Source: Octopus vulgaris
Lineage: Eukaryota
NCBI GenBank assembly: GCA_951406725.2
Contig: OX597818.1
Span: 101,184,001 to 101,248,000 of the forward strand
DNA: 64,000 bases
Direction of reading: 5' to 3'
Part shown: in pieces, positions 44,877 through 58,868 of the stretch
Numbering within the stretch: position 1 is the first letter of the stretch
How the letters are laid out: every line of letters starts with the position of its first letter
Notes under the pieces: model-generated
What the model was told of the DNA's origin: nothing
Database searches by the model: none
The model's input: only the letters and a program-made list of their open reading frames with translations
Program-made: the position numbers and the translations under genes

Positions 44877-47355
44877 GACGGGCTTCTTTCAGTTTTCTTC
44901 TATCATATCCACTCAGAAGGCTTTGATCGGTCCCACGCCATAGTGGAAGACACCTGCACAAGTTGCCACGCAGTGGGACTGAGCCCGGTTTGCTTACAAA
45001 CAACGTGGTTTGTAAGCACGATACTTACCACACAGCTATTCCTGCGCCTATGAATTTATATATACATTTACGAATATATATATATATCAATAAATATATA
45101 GATGCGTGTATGTGTGAGTATGTGTGTATATATATATGTATGTAAATGTGAGTGTGTGTGTGAAAATTGAAAGTGTATACGGATATTGTCTAGATTTAAG
45201 TGCGAGTAAATAGAGAATGAAAGAGAGAGAAAGAGAGGGATACATATGAGAACAAATAATCCCTCTTGATCAAGTGATTACACCACTGGGACAGAACTCA
45301 ATGAAAAAGTATGAGCAGACCTCAATGTTGCGTCTCATTTATGCAGAAATGTGTGATAAATATTTCCTTGCCTCCTTTGTAAAAATTTCATGTTGAAATA
45401 TGTAAAAGATGGAAGAACCGTGTAATGGAAATGCTGTTAACACTATTTTAAATAATTTCTTACACTGCGGATAATATTTATAATTAACAGAGCAAAGTAC
45501 TAAAGGAAGTTATGACAGTAATATAAAACTTATATCATTCTAATAGAATGAATAATAAGAATGAAAACAAATTATTAAAGATATACGACAATACTGTTGA
45601 GTATAAAATTCTAGTTTGCTAATAGTTATAACAATGTAAATTTATAAAAAAGTAAAACATAAAACTAGGAATGCGCTAAATACCAGTGAATATTAAAAAA
45701 TAGGTTGAATATATTTCAATTAAGATAATTGTATACAGCGCGAAACAATGAATAGCAATATCTAAAATCTATATTTTTCTCTTTTGTACGTTTATATTGT
45801 TTGTTTTTTTTATTTTAAGATAAAAGAAGATAAAAATTACAAATGAATTAATAGTGTTAAATTAAAGAGGAAAACAGAGTAAAATTGATTTGTAAAGGTT
45901 AATAATTGAAAGGAATTAAAAAGGATGTGTGTGAAAAACCCTATGGTAAGTGCAGAGCATATATGCAGTACACTATAAGACTATGGTAATGATAATCGAA
46001 AATGAAGAGGGCAACGAAGGTTAAGTGAAGAAATTCAGAACATGTATTAGAATGCAAGAATGTTTTGGCTTGAAGATGGGTATAAGTATAAAGAATTAAT
46101 ACAGATAGAATGCGAGTGTGTTCGCAATAGAAGGATTAAAATAGCAAAAACATTATTTAAGCTACAATTAAGAGAAGGTATTCGTTGTTAACGTGGACGT
46201 AGCTAGAAATAAATACATATAAACTGAGAGAAAATGAGTTGTAATGGGTTGATGTTTAGAATTGATTTGCAACGGAACTTTTGTAGTATATAAGAGAATA
46301 TAATAGATATAGTATATAATGGATATAAGAGAATTTGAGGGGCTCAGTGAAGAAGCATCTCTGAGAAAATATGTCCGGATTAATCAAGAGAATGATAGAG
46401 TCAATGCCTCATACCTCGACTAACTTTATTAGAGGTCATTATATTTCGCATCTTTTCGTTTTCAAACAATAGGTTCCTAGACTGCTTCAATAAGAAGTAG
46501 TGTGTGCCGAAATCATCAACACAAGCAGCAACCGTATCATTAGCAGCAAAGTTGCAATGTCAATAATAGCAAGCAGAGCAACGACAACAGTAATATCAGC
46601 TTTAATTCCTGTTTCTTTATTTTCTATTTGCATTGTTAACCGGGCTTCCACTCATATATATGCTGATATACGTAATTTTCTACAGCATTGTAAAATTATT
46701 TCTTGTTGACTTTACTAATAGAAAACTACTATAAAACATTCACAATAGGACTACAATGGTATCTAATTTAGGATTAAGAGAATCGAACATAAAATGCTAC
46801 AAAACATGAACAGGACATGAAACTGATTTCTCTCATCAGGGAAGCCAAAAAATGCAAAGCAGCTGCCAGTAGAACCGACAGCTACTTAAAAAGTATGAAA
46901 CAGTAAAATCATTAGATTAGCTAATATCTCAGTTAAATTTGGAAGAAAAGAATGGCATTGAAAACGAATGCAAGAAAAGCCTCAACAAGGTAAATATAGA
47001 CGTAAGATAATCAATGTATTTAAACAAAGAGAATCCAACACTGAGAAACGTGAGGCTCATAACAAAGATTCTAAGGTACTTAAAACGATATATTATCCTT
47101 TCTACTACAGACAAAAAAATGTGGAATGTTGCGGTTTATTCGATTCTATCGAGCGATGTACTCCAGTAGAATTTCACCCTCCCCAAATGGACGAATCGAA
47201 AAGCCAACCTCAGCGGAATTTGAATTCAGAATGTAAAGACGCTTGAGATGCAGCAAGGCATTAAATCATTAAAGCGTTTCGTCTGGCTTGCAAAGATTTG
47301 TGACTACTCGTTGCCTTATAGCGTCACAATCAGCAAACCCTCTTCAGCGGAAACT

Positions 47356-47392
<37 letters not shown>

Positions 47393-47671
47393 GAGCAAAA
47401 TGCCGCCTCCTCTGTCTAAAGGATGGTGCTGAGTTGTCAAACATTTAAACCAAATTTTCTCAAAACAACTTGTCCGACCGTCGCATAGGTCCACCCTTTG
47501 GGAAACACTGATTTAACCTTAATTAGAGACACTAGCAAAAGAAGAAATAATGATAGACTATTTTTCTATTACAAAGAGAAACGATTTTATTCACACAAAT
47601 ATGCAACCGACGTGTTTAAAGTACAATGAAGTACAACGCAACATCTGATGTACTTGCTCGTACAAATGCAC

Positions 47672-47875
47672 GTGTGTCTGTGTTTGTCTCCCAGCATCGC
47701 TTGACAACCGATGCTGGTGTGTTTACGTGCCCGTCAATTAGCGGTTCTGTAAAAGAGACTGATAGAATACGTACTAGGCTTACAAAGTATAAGTCCTGGG
47801 GTTGATCTCATCGACTAAAGGTGGTGCTCCAGCTTGGCCACAGTCAGATGTCTGGAACAAGTAAAACAGTAAAAG
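47672..47875 (+). mobile_element. SINE family A, 3' half
   Basis: CATCGCTTGACAACCGATGCTGGTGTG..GGTGCTCCAGC. Confidence 0.85.
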
Positions 47876-48219
47876 AGAGCATTGTTTAAGTATAGCTAAC
47901 ATCATGCATCAAATTAGAAAACAGACGACAGAAGCTACGAATATTTTTACAGTATATGGAAAATTATGTTGGACACTGTACAGATCTTACGTAGAGTAGT
48001 TTAAACGCTTCAAATTAAAAAGCCCCAAAACAAATAACAGTAAATTATGATGGCGTATCAGTTGGCATTATTATGGCCTCTAAGACTGATTGGAGGGAGA
48101 AAGATATGGTGACAGGAATGTTTTATCATGTGTTAAATATGCAAAAGTTCGGAACTAATAGACAATGAAACCAACTGAAAATCAAAAGCAGCACAGTGTA
48201 AGATATATGCCCTTTCTGA

Positions 48220-48415
48220 TTTAGGCACAAGTCTTGAAATTCGTGGTGGTACACTCTCGATTATATCTCTCCTCCGCCCAATACTTGACCGGTAGTGATT
48301 TTATCGACCGCGAAAGTCAGACTCAGGGCGTAAGGATAAATGAAATGATGCATATGAAATGACGCAAATGATAAATGAAATGACGTGTGCTAATGATTCT
48401 GCCAGCTCGCCGCCT
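48220..48415 (-). mobile_element. SINE family B, diverged and deleted (another diverged minus-strand copy at ~47130-47300)
   Basis: Ends GATTCTGCCAGCTCGCCGCC, the reverse complement of the family B head. Confidence 0.65.
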
Positions 48416-50183
48416 CAGTGTGAAATATAAAGAAAAGGTAGGTTGGATTGGTTTGTGTATGAAAGACAAGCGAGGTCATATGCGATGTTGCATTATAACA
48501 TAATGTCAAATTTGAACGAGAGGAAGTAACTGTGTACGACGCAGCCATTTCGACTTAATCTGCACTTTTATATCGGTACACTTATGTACAGAAACCTTTC
48601 AACGCTGTTTTATCTTAGATGTTCTTACGTTTCCGAAATTCTTTTATAATGATATAAAACATACTGTACTGAGTACATTTCTTCAAACGTTCACATAAAA
48701 TATATACACTGAAAACATTTCATCAACATGTCTTTTTTCGGTTTTACTCAATTTTTTTCCACTTCACTTGAATTTTCTAATACAGTTACCTATGGCAGTA
48801 ATGTCGAGAATACATTTATCTAAACCATCTGCTGCATTAAATATTTACAAACTTGTTATAAATGTTTTCCTTTACCAACGAATGATAATGTCATTTTACT
48901 TCATTTCTGTTAGTTATATTGATGTCGCTTTTGCCGTAAGAATGCTTTTTACGCTACACTGTCTCCCGCGTTTTAAAAATTCCTTCGTTACAATATAATA
49001 CTATTCAAAATTGTCTACCGAATAAAATATATCCGGTTGCCTTTATCGTAAATGTTGGACATATTCTTAATCTTGATGATTATATATAATGCAAAATTAG
49101 TGAACTTATTTCCTTTATACGTTTCTGTCAAACCTTTTATGATTATTCTGTATTCGTTTTTCTATCACTTTCTTCTGAAATGTTAACAAATTTAATGTTG
49201 GCATACGTGTTCCAGGAGGGGAGAGAAAAATGTTCATTTCTAGCACTTATATTAATTCTATTCAAACTAACATTTATTTTTCCAGACAAAGATCTTTATA
49301 ACCTACCACTGAAGTAATACGAAAGTCATTGACACAGGCGAACGAATTTTTATTTAAATAATTATCGAGTCGGATTACGCGCTCTTATAAATCCCAGTAT
49401 TCAGTTCATTACATGTTCTAATATTGATAGATGTACTTTACTTAGAATGTTATTTCGGAAATTATTGTAAATACTCATACAATTCTACTAAACACCTATT
49501 GTAGATTATGCTTTATTTACAGTTATAAAAGTGACTACTTCAATAAACTGACATTTGTGTTGTTTCAAGAATTTAAAATCTTTTCTTAATCTCAAAGCTC
49601 AGAGCAAATATGTAATTATGGTGGAATTCAAATTGGACAAGCATATGTGAATTTTTCAAAGTTTTGTTTTCCATTTTCTCGAACACTCACGGGAAATAAT
49701 AACTAGCAGAGCAAGTTCTCTATGGAATTGTTGCGTGATACAAGAATATGCGCATACATTAAACATTACCATTCCTATAATTATCTTTATCATGACATAC
49801 TAAATGTAAAATAATACTTTGGATTATACAACAAACCAAAGTTAAATGTTTCACAATTTCGATATTCGTATTATATTTTTAAAATCAGAAAGATGAAATA
49901 TATATCATGTAAATGGTGTAATATGTTACACAACACTAAACTTGTATGCACTATGTAAGTATCTGCAACTCATTCTACCTTTACTTATTCTGTAACCTCA
50001 GGGAAATTTAAATAAAAGTATATATATCTTTCATCTAACAGGCGTTCGTGTAGCTTACTATGTTTGAATGCGTCTCTATGTACACATGGTGAAGTTTGGA
50101 ATTGCATTGGTGAAATATGCAGTACATCATTGTTTAAAAATATAGATTTGTTACTATTTATTTAGAATGCGTTTGGAATTAAA

Positions 50184-50234
<51 letters not shown>

Positions 50235-50721
50235 AGGTATAATTCTCCTCTGAGGTTCTAAGGGATAATATTGCTCTCACTTTATATTTCTCATAGAATC
50301 GATGGGTTAATGCATCTACTAGAGTGTCTGATAAATGCATGGCGGTGTATATTACATTCTATGCTCAGATAAAAGCGATGAGAGATTTTCTCTTTTTAAA
50401 TTTCTTTGGAAAAAATACGCACTGTCAAACAAGCACACGATTTCGTTCAATCGATTCTGAAAATTTATGACATTTCGCAATTGTCTTAAACTGTTGTAAT
50501 ACCATTTTTAGATAGATATATGTTTTTATTTTTAACTTGAAATATTGCTGCACATTTAGTGAAAATGTTTTCCAGGATATAAATCGCATAAGTATATATA
50601 CAATTGTATAATCAAATGTGTATATATAAATATACGTAAGATCTTCTACGCATATTCATATATATATATATACTTATGTATATAAACACACACACATATA
50701 TATATACATATATATATATAA

Positions 50722-50762
<41 letters not shown>

Positions 50763-50831
50763 TTATTTCTCGTTCGCCTACGTATTTCATGTTATTTACA
50801 CCGTTGGGTAAGTGATGTACTCATATATGTA

Positions 50832-50883
<52 letters not shown>

Positions 50884-50929
50884 TATATATGTACATATAT
50901 ATATATATATATGTACGTATATGTATGTG

Positions 50930-51034
<105 letters not shown>

Positions 51035-52057
51035 GGAAGATGGCAAATTTTATGTAATTTCCTTTGCGGGAGCAACTGTGTTGTCGAAGGCGTATCTTGT
51101 CGTGAATTGCTTGAAATACGGACTAAAGGGACAGCCGACAACTGATGAAGGGTCGTTCCTCGTGTTGCTTGACTTGCTTTCCATTTCTTTCTTTCGTTGC
51201 TTGCAAAAAATGTCCTTATTCCATGTCCTCGTACCTCGTATTAATTGTTGTTTATATTTTGCAAAGTGCTGTGCCCACATATGCATATGTAGCAATATGT
51301 ATATACGTAAACATGTAAGTATGTACGTACACGTATGTATATATATGCATATATATATATATATATTATTTATATTATTATATGATTGAGCGTCACGCAT
51401 CCTTTTCCAAGTAAGTTACACACACACACATATATATATATACATATATACATATAACCAGATCACTGATAACTATATTGTCCCATAAGGTTATATAATT
51501 TGTAGGGAAGATCGGCCATGCAAAAAGAAAAAAATAATTCATTGGCCACATTCATATAACGGTTAAATATTTTCTGAATTATTATGTGTCTGCAAGAAAT
51601 AATTAGTTCATGAACAGGACGATAACGTCACCTCATTAAATGGTCTCTTTTGAGTTAAAATATCCCTTTGACGTGTGGCTTCGAGTGGAAAAGTAATGAC
51701 GTCTTACGTCAGTTGTTACGGAGAGGTATTTTGTAGAAATTGCTAACGATTAAATAAACGGTTTTGTTATTGTTTAGAATTTATCCATGTATATACAAAA
51801 TTTAAGTGAGTAAGTATTTAATGATTATGCGTTTCAGATAGTCTATATAGGGACGATTGTCTTCTCCTACTAAATAATTTGTTGTGTAGAAGTAGAGCAC
51901 CCCTATTGGTTGGCATCTAATGGACTGTACCACAATAATAATGGACATACGCAGAGAGCCTTCAGCAGAGTATATCCGAGCGTTGCGTATTGTCGAGGGT
52001 TATTACCAGTATCTTGAGAAGATCGATTTGCGAGGACATGCTTATTATCCGTTATAT

Positions 52058-52230
52058 CGTTCAATATTTAAGAGATGAGGAATTATGTACATTATTTACA
52101 TTATTTACAATTGATGGATATTTGTCCTCATCAACGTTTCGGCTGATATACTCTCCAGTCTTCATCAAATATCTTGGGGAAATTTCGAACCTGGGTTCTC
52201 ATTCCTAAGGTATTTTTCGATGTTGTTGTT
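52058..52230 (-). mobile_element. HHR-bearing tail of the 17048 family
   Basis: Reverse complement of 17187-17360. Motif TTGATGA-A-GACTG-GAGAGTATAT-CAGCC-GAAACGTT at ~52134-52169. Confidence 0.8.
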
Positions 52231-52301
52231 ATAATAATAATAATAACAACAACAACAACAACAGCAACAACAACAGCAACAACAACAACAACAACAACAA
52301 C

Positions 52302-52395
<94 letters not shown>

Positions 52396-52405
52396 GTAAT
52401 AATAA
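52230..52405. repeat. (AAC)n/(AAT)n microsatellite (second AAT tract at 52800-53005)
   Basis: Direct reading. Confidence 0.97.
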
Positions 52406-52800
52406 AGATCATGAAGAAAAAAATGCTTTCTAATTGATGTATCAATACCGGCTGATGACAACGTGTCTCTAAAAGAAATCGAGAAACTCTCAAAATACAA
52501 AGACCTGGAAATAGAGGTAACTAGAATGTGGAATCTGAAAACAGAAACAATTCCTATCATAGTAGGTGCATTAGGCATGATAAAAAAATATTCAGACAAA
52601 TACATAACAAAAACACCAGGACTTACAAACACATATAACATACAGAAAATTGCACTACTAGGCACTGCACACATCCTACGCAGAACACTTTCCATACAAT
52701 AACCATCAGAGCATCACAACAAATCACAGCACATACCCAAGGCACACAGAGCTGTGCTCGGTAGTGAAGTGAAAGCACGCTATAAAAATAAAACTACTGA
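52393..52800 (+). mobile_element. Dong/R4-clade non-LTR retrotransposon 3' end (restriction-like endonuclease) inserted in (AAT)n
   Basis: KDHEEK..CFLIDVSIPADDNVSLKEIEKLSKYKDLEIEVTRMWNLKTETIPIIVGALG..IQKIALLGTAHILRRTL* (stop at 52702). Dong elements are known to target TAA repeats. Confidence 0.88.
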
Positions 52801-52820
52801 ATAATAATAGTAATAATAAT

Positions 52821-52877
<57 letters not shown>

Positions 52878-52899
52878 GATAATAATAATAATAATAATG

Positions 52900-52984
<85 letters not shown>

Positions 52985-53217
52985 TAATAATAATAATAAT
53001 AATACCAACAACAGCAACATCGAAAAATACCTTATCAATGAGAACGCAGGACAGAAATTTCCCCAATTTGTCAGAGATGGAACTTGGTGTAAGAGTTTTG
53101 TTAAGTTTCCAAGAAATATGATAAAACTCTACATTTTGTATTGAGTACCCTCTTTTTCTCCTGGTTTACACAATGTTTGTGTCATAAGTGAAATATATTT
53201 ATTTTTTATCTTAACAG

Positions 53218-53368
53218 CTGGCTTCACCAGGAAACTATGTTTGCAGTTAGTCAGAAGCAATGGACCTATATTTATGACAATCGTGGCATTGAAATACACT
53301 GTTTAAAAACTTTGGATCAAACTTTACAAATGGAATACCTTCCTTACCACTTTCTGTTTGTGGCAGCA
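53218..53368 (+). pseudogene. WDR46: WDR46/UTP7-like exon a
   Basis: AG|[51 protein letters not shown]|GTAAGT matches the WDR46 motif YDNQGIELHC..LEFLPFHFLL. Confidence 0.9.
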
Positions 53369-53699
53369 GTAAGTATACTTTATTGACTTTATGAAATATC
53401 TAAAATAATGTAAAGAATCATTTTCTTTAGTAATAAAAACAAATTCTACCTGTGCATTTAAGATAATTTTATAAAATAAATGTTTTCTGGAAAGATATGC
53501 TGGCTTTTAAAAATGAAAATGGAAATAAAATAGCCTTATTTTAAATTGTGAAAAATGTCAGGATGCTATTTGTGGAGGCAAGAATATAAAATGGAATCCA
53601 CAAAAATAGATTATATGAAATTAACACCAAAGAAAATCCGTCAAGTAATATCAAGGACAAAGTCCACTGCAGTTTCATATAACCTATGCCAGCATAGAC

Positions 53700-53960
53700 G
53701 TCATCATCATCATCATCTTTTAATGTCTTTTTTCCATGCTAGCATGGGTTGGATGGTTCGACCGGGGTCTGGGAAGCCAGGAGGCTGCACAAGGCTCCAC
53801 TCTGATCTGGCAGTGTTTCTACTGCTTCATGCCCTTCCTAACACCAACCACTCCGTGAGTGTAGTGGATGCTTTTTACGTGCCACCGTTATGGAAGCCAG
53901 TCAAGGTAGTGCTGGCATCAGCCACGTTTGGATGGTGCTTTTTACGTGCCACCGGTATAG
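53700..53960 (-). mobile_element. Retroposon 3' end with (GAT)n tail (RTE-type tail)
   Basis: CATCATCATCAT..TTTCCATGCTAGCATGGGTTGGA..ATGCCCTTCCTAACACCAACC. A related tail lies on the plus strand at ~54900-55203. Confidence 0.6.
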
Positions 53961-55295
53961 ACATTTAAAGGGTAATGATGTTGATGATGGTTATAGTATT
54001 ACATTTGCAGTTCAGGCATACACGCACGTGATTGATTGTTTATACCATCAAACTCTGGATGTTTATATGGCTTTGAGATTATTTTGTTTTCAGAGCTTAT
54101 CAATTTTCTAATGGAAGGTTTTAAGTGCATACATTTAAATCAAATTGTACAGCATCTCACTGAACTATTCAGTTACCACTAAACTGATATCAGTGTAGTA
54201 TTTGTGTAGTAAATAAGGGTTGTAATTGACAAAGTACTGACCTACTGGATAAAGGATGTTTAGACCCTATTACTCAATTTTCTACCTACAGTGATGAATA
54301 CCACCGTCACCACCACCACCACCACCATCATTCTTTTATTTGTTGTTTAGTACCATGTCAGCACTAATAAAACAAGCTGTAATCAAGATAGATTTGACCA
54401 TCATGCCTTTTATCCAGACAGTGTATCTAGGACTACCTTCATGTTGGCATTTTTTGGACAGAACTACAGAATAGCATATTTATGTGTGTCACTATGTAAT
54501 CCAACTTGCTAATATCTTATCTGATTCAGTTTTGTTTCAAGTCTTTCTGAGATTACCTTTATTCTATCTGCTCTATACACTACCTGCCTTTAGTTTTTCT
54601 TTTGTTCTGGTCTTGTTCCCACTCCACTTTTCTTCATCATTCCTCATAGGCTCACACTACCTCACAACACTTAATTTATTATCATCATCACTTAACACAT
54701 GTTTTTCCATACTAGCATGGTTTGGACAGTCTCAGCTTCTCAATCCTTCATCATCTGATGCACACAAAAATTCATCAAACTTTGATGTGGTGTGTGTGTT
54801 TTTGGTATGGTTTTTTATGACTGTTTTTTAAGACGACCTTCTATATAACCAGGACTTCACCTAACATTATATCATTCATTCAAATGTCTTATACTATGCT
54901 CTGTGTCACCAAAATCTTGTGAGTGGATTTAGTTGACAGAGACTGGAAGAAGCCCATCGTGTGTGTGTGCATGCACTTCTGTGTGTTTGACATCATATGG
55001 TTGTAAATGAGCTTCACTGTCATACAAGCAGTATTCATTTCCAATCTTCTCCGAAAAACAAGTCTGGTTATGAAGAAATATTATCGTGCCTGGAAACAAG
55101 TGAGGTTTGACAACAGGTAGGGCATCCTGTCATAGAAAGTTGGCCACAAAAAATTCTATCTGACCCATGCAAACATGGAAAAGTGAGCATAAAATGATGA
55201 TGATTCAAATGAATTAATGATATAATGTATAAGCATCTTTTCAGCATACACACAATTTTCTAAAATTCAATACATTGTTATAACTTGGTGTGTAT

Positions 55296-55528
55296 AAGGC
55301 AGCGAGCTGGCAGAAACATTAGCACATCGGGTGAAATGCTTTGCGGTATTTCGTCTGTCGTTACATTCTGAGTACAAATTCCGCCGAGGTCGACTTTACC
55401 TTTCATCCTTTCAGGGTTGATAAATAAAGTACCAGTTTCGCACTGGGGTCGATGTAATCGACTTAATCCCTTTGTCTGTCCTTGTTTGTCCCCTCTATGT
55501 TTAGCCCCTTGTGGGTAGTAAAGAATTA
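55296..55528 (+). mobile_element. SINE family B, full length, with 17-bp target-site duplication
   Basis: TSD TATAACTTGGTGTGTAT at 55279-55295 and 55529-55545. Head is GGCAGCGAGCTGGCAGAAAC. Confidence 0.92.
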
Positions 55529-55561
55529 TATAACTTGGTGTGTATCTCTATTGTTTTCCAG

Positions 55562-55697
55562 AATTCAAGAGGATATTTGTCCTACCTGGTAACCTCCATT
55601 GGTAGAAAGGTTTCAGCTATCAGAACTAATATGGGACGTTTAAATGTTATGTGTCAGAATCCATCTAACGCTATTATACACCTCGGACATTCAAATG
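55562..55697 (+). pseudogene. WDR46: WDR46/UTP7-like exon b (GC donor)
   Basis: AG|NSRGYLSYLVTSIGRKVSAIRTNMGRLNVMCQNPSNAIIHLGHSN-g|GCAAGG. Phase is compatible with exons a and c. Confidence 0.9.
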
Positions 55698-57112
55698 GCA
55701 AGGGCTCAAACTATTTAGTTCCTTTTTTTTATTACCCTGCACACATAAGTGAAAGCAGGATATTGTAATCACTCGTCTTTGTCTGTGTGTTTGCAAAATT
55801 ACTGGAAAATACCTGAACAGATTTTCACAAAATTTAGCAGAAATACTCATTGACTCAAAATGATTAAAATTTGATTTGAATATCTTCAAACATACATAAA
55901 TACATGCATAAATATGCAACTGTGCATGTATGTGTGTGTGTGTATAGTGATGGATTCAAGGGTTTGATTTATTTACGAGTTGATTTCTCGATTTCACTGG
56001 AATATAAATACCTATAATGGTGATACTTAAAAAAAAGAATTCAGTTCAAGTAAAAAACATGGGTAAGCAACATACTATATTCCACACTATAATTTGCCAA
56101 AAAAATTATGAGTTTTATAATTACAATTTGCCAAATAAATTATGCAGGGTATGCATCACTCATTTGATGTGTTTCTTTTCATTTTTATATTTAAATTTGC
56201 TACAAAACATAGTTCCTATTTGTGAAATTTATGTTTAAAATACACTACTTCCTGTTAACTTTCCCATGATTCCATTGCAATTCTTGTGTGTCTATAGCTT
56301 ACACTGGGCACATATTGTTGTTATTAAGTTAAATGGCTGAACCTCTCACTTTCACTGTCTTGGAAATTTCAGAAGCATCTAGATTGGTTTGGAAGCAGTG
56401 AACTGAATTTATTTACCATAAATGTGATGTGTGAGGACCCAAAGATCTAGTCATGAACAATGTAACATAGCTAATAGACACATTGAGGCCATGCATGTTA
56501 ATTTTATTTTACTGACCCTAAAAGGATGAAAAGTCAAGTACCAGTCCAGAGCAATGGACTGACAGAATTGTTAGAGCATCAAACAAAATGCTTTATGTTA
56601 TTTCAAGCTCTTTACTCTCTGAGTCCCAACAATTGCGAAAAATTTCTCTGTATCTAGCTGCCAACATGGTACCCTATAAAAAATACCACTCTTTCTATTC
56701 TAAAAAGTTCCATGACAAACACAAAACACTTGAGAATCCACTAGGGTCATTTGTTGATTTGATAGCAGAGAAAGAAAGACATTTAGTTAATTGTGAAAAT
56801 TTAAATAGCACCTTATTTATGCTAACTCTTTCCAGTCATGACCTGATTTTGATGATGAGGCACTTTTTAGCTTATTAACCTCATAGATCATGAGTTCCAA
56901 CCATACAAGAGCAATAGTATTCTGACCTTTCATAAATAACTTGTCTACCTGGCTGACATCAGATTCTGATTGACTTTATACTTATTTTTAACAATAGGAA
57001 GTGTATTTATCTATTTACAATAGAAAGTGTATTTATCCACTTTTCATGCTATATTTTATATTTGTTTTCCTATGTTTTAATTCTTGTTTTGTGATTCACA
57101 TTAATCTTGCAG

Positions 57113-57212
57113 GAACTGTAACACTGAGGTCACCTAATGCATAAGATTATTTAGTAAAAATGTTGTGCCATAAATCTAACGTACGGTCAATAGCTGTGGA
57201 CCAACAGGGTTT
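57113..57212 (+). pseudogene. WDR46: WDR46/UTP7-like exon c with premature stop
   Basis: AG|GTVTLRSPNA*DYLVKMLCHKSNVRSIAVDQQG|GTACGT. TAA at 57142-57144, and the conserved W of LWSP is changed to R. Confidence 0.9.
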
Positions 57213-57808
57213 GTACGTATCTTTTTAAAATCCTATTACACTTTATTGCGCTAAGAATACTTCTCTTTTGAAAAGACACATAACATAGTTTCTCTGAATG
57301 TATCTGGCATACTCCCACTACATAAGTAATTAAGCTGTTTCCCAAAGACTAGCCTGCCTCTTCATCTCCAATCAGTTACTGATCCTCTTTAAAGCTCAAG
57401 TTTGACCCACAATAATCCTACTCTTATGTTTGTGATGACATTGTTGCTAGACACAAACATCTAGCATAGGTGTGAATAAATAAGTATTACATTTGCCAGT
57501 GCAATCTGAATGCTAAAGCGTTATCATTCATTTGTCAAACCCATGCTAGAGTAAGTTTGACATATATACAGTTTCTGACAAATTCCACTTTCAACGCAAA
57601 TTGTTCAAGTCACGACTATAAAACTTCATACCTCTTAAGTTCATCATCATCAGTTCACAACAGGGTAAGTTCACCATAAGGAATGATCACTGTGAGGAAA
57701 GTTCACTGTAAGGAAAGTTTACGGAGAGATAAGTTCACAGTAAAAGACTTTTAAAATCCTTATTTTCAAACTCTAAAGTTCATGGTGAACTTTCCTTGTG
57801 GTGAATTG

Positions 57809-57901
57809 ATGCTACAGTCTTACAGAATAGGCAATGATGCCAATTGTTTGTCTTTCAGTCAACGCGATATTCTTTCAGCTGGTACTGGCAATGTCATACA
57901 G
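57809..57901 (+). pseudogene. WDR46: WDR46/UTP7-like exon d, 5' part lost
   Basis: MLQSYRIGNDANCLSFSQRDILSAGTGNVIQ|GTTAGT resembles LAFSQRGLL.AG.G. The expected YMATSG..D start is replaced by AAGTTCAC-repeat DNA. Confidence 0.75.
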
Positions 57902-57931
57902 GTTAGTTGTGGTTTTTCATTTTTAGGAGGT

Positions 57932-58868
57932 GGGGAAAATTTTCAATAATTTTTAGGAAAAGTTTTCGAAAATTTTCGGGAAAAATTTTCAAAAGTTTTT
58001 GGGATAAATTTTCAAAAATTATTGGGAAAAAATTTCAAAAGATTTTGGGGAAAATTTTCCAAAAAATTTGAAAGAAATTTCGAAAAATATTTGCGAAAAA
58101 TTTTGAAAAATTTTTGGGAAAAATATTCTAAGAATCTTTCAGGAAAATTTTCCAAAATTTTTGGGGATAATTTTCAAGAATTTTGGGGAAAAATTTTTGA
58201 AAAATTTTCGCCTTAAAAACTTTTAAAAGGTTTTTCGAAATATTTCATCAAAAAGTTTTTTTGAAAATTCTCATCAAAATTTTTGAAGAGATTTTTTAAA
58301 ATTTTCATCAAAATATTCGAAAATTTTTTGAAAATTTTCATCAAAATTTTTGAATATTTTCAAAAGATTTTGGGAAAATTTTCAAAAGATTTGGAAAAGA
58401 TTTAGCAAAATTTTTGGGAAAAATTTTCAAAACTTTTTTGAGAAAATTTTCAAATAATTTGGGAAAAATTTTGAAAAATTTTGTGAAAAAATTTTCAAAA
58501 ATTTTTTTTGGCAAAATTTTCAAGAACTTTGGGGGAAAATTTTAGGTAAATTTTTTCAAAAATTTTTGGGGAAAATTAAAAAAAATTTTAGGGAAACCTT
58601 TTCAAAAATATTTGGGGAAATTTTTCAAAAGTTTTGGGGAAAAGTTTTCAGAAATTTTTCGGGAAAATTTTCCAAAAGTTTTCGTTAATATTTTCGAAAA
58701 TTTTTTGGAAAATTCTGATTGAAATTTTCAAAAATCTTTTTATAAATTTTGATGGAAATTTTCAGAATTTTTTTTCCAAAAATTTTGATGGAAATATCCC
58801 CAAAACTTTTGAATAATTTTGATGAAAATTTTAAAATAATTTTCAAAATCTTGATGAAAATTTTCAAA
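57932..58868. repeat. Degenerate A/T-tract minisatellite (~11/22-bp unit, GGAAAATTTTCAAAAATTTTTG-like)
   Basis: Direct reading. Sub-blocks occur in both orientations. Confidence 0.9.

Noticed and set aside
53218-57901. Functional WDR46 gene
   Set aside because: In-frame TAA, loss of a conserved Trp, a truncated exon and missing flanking exons.
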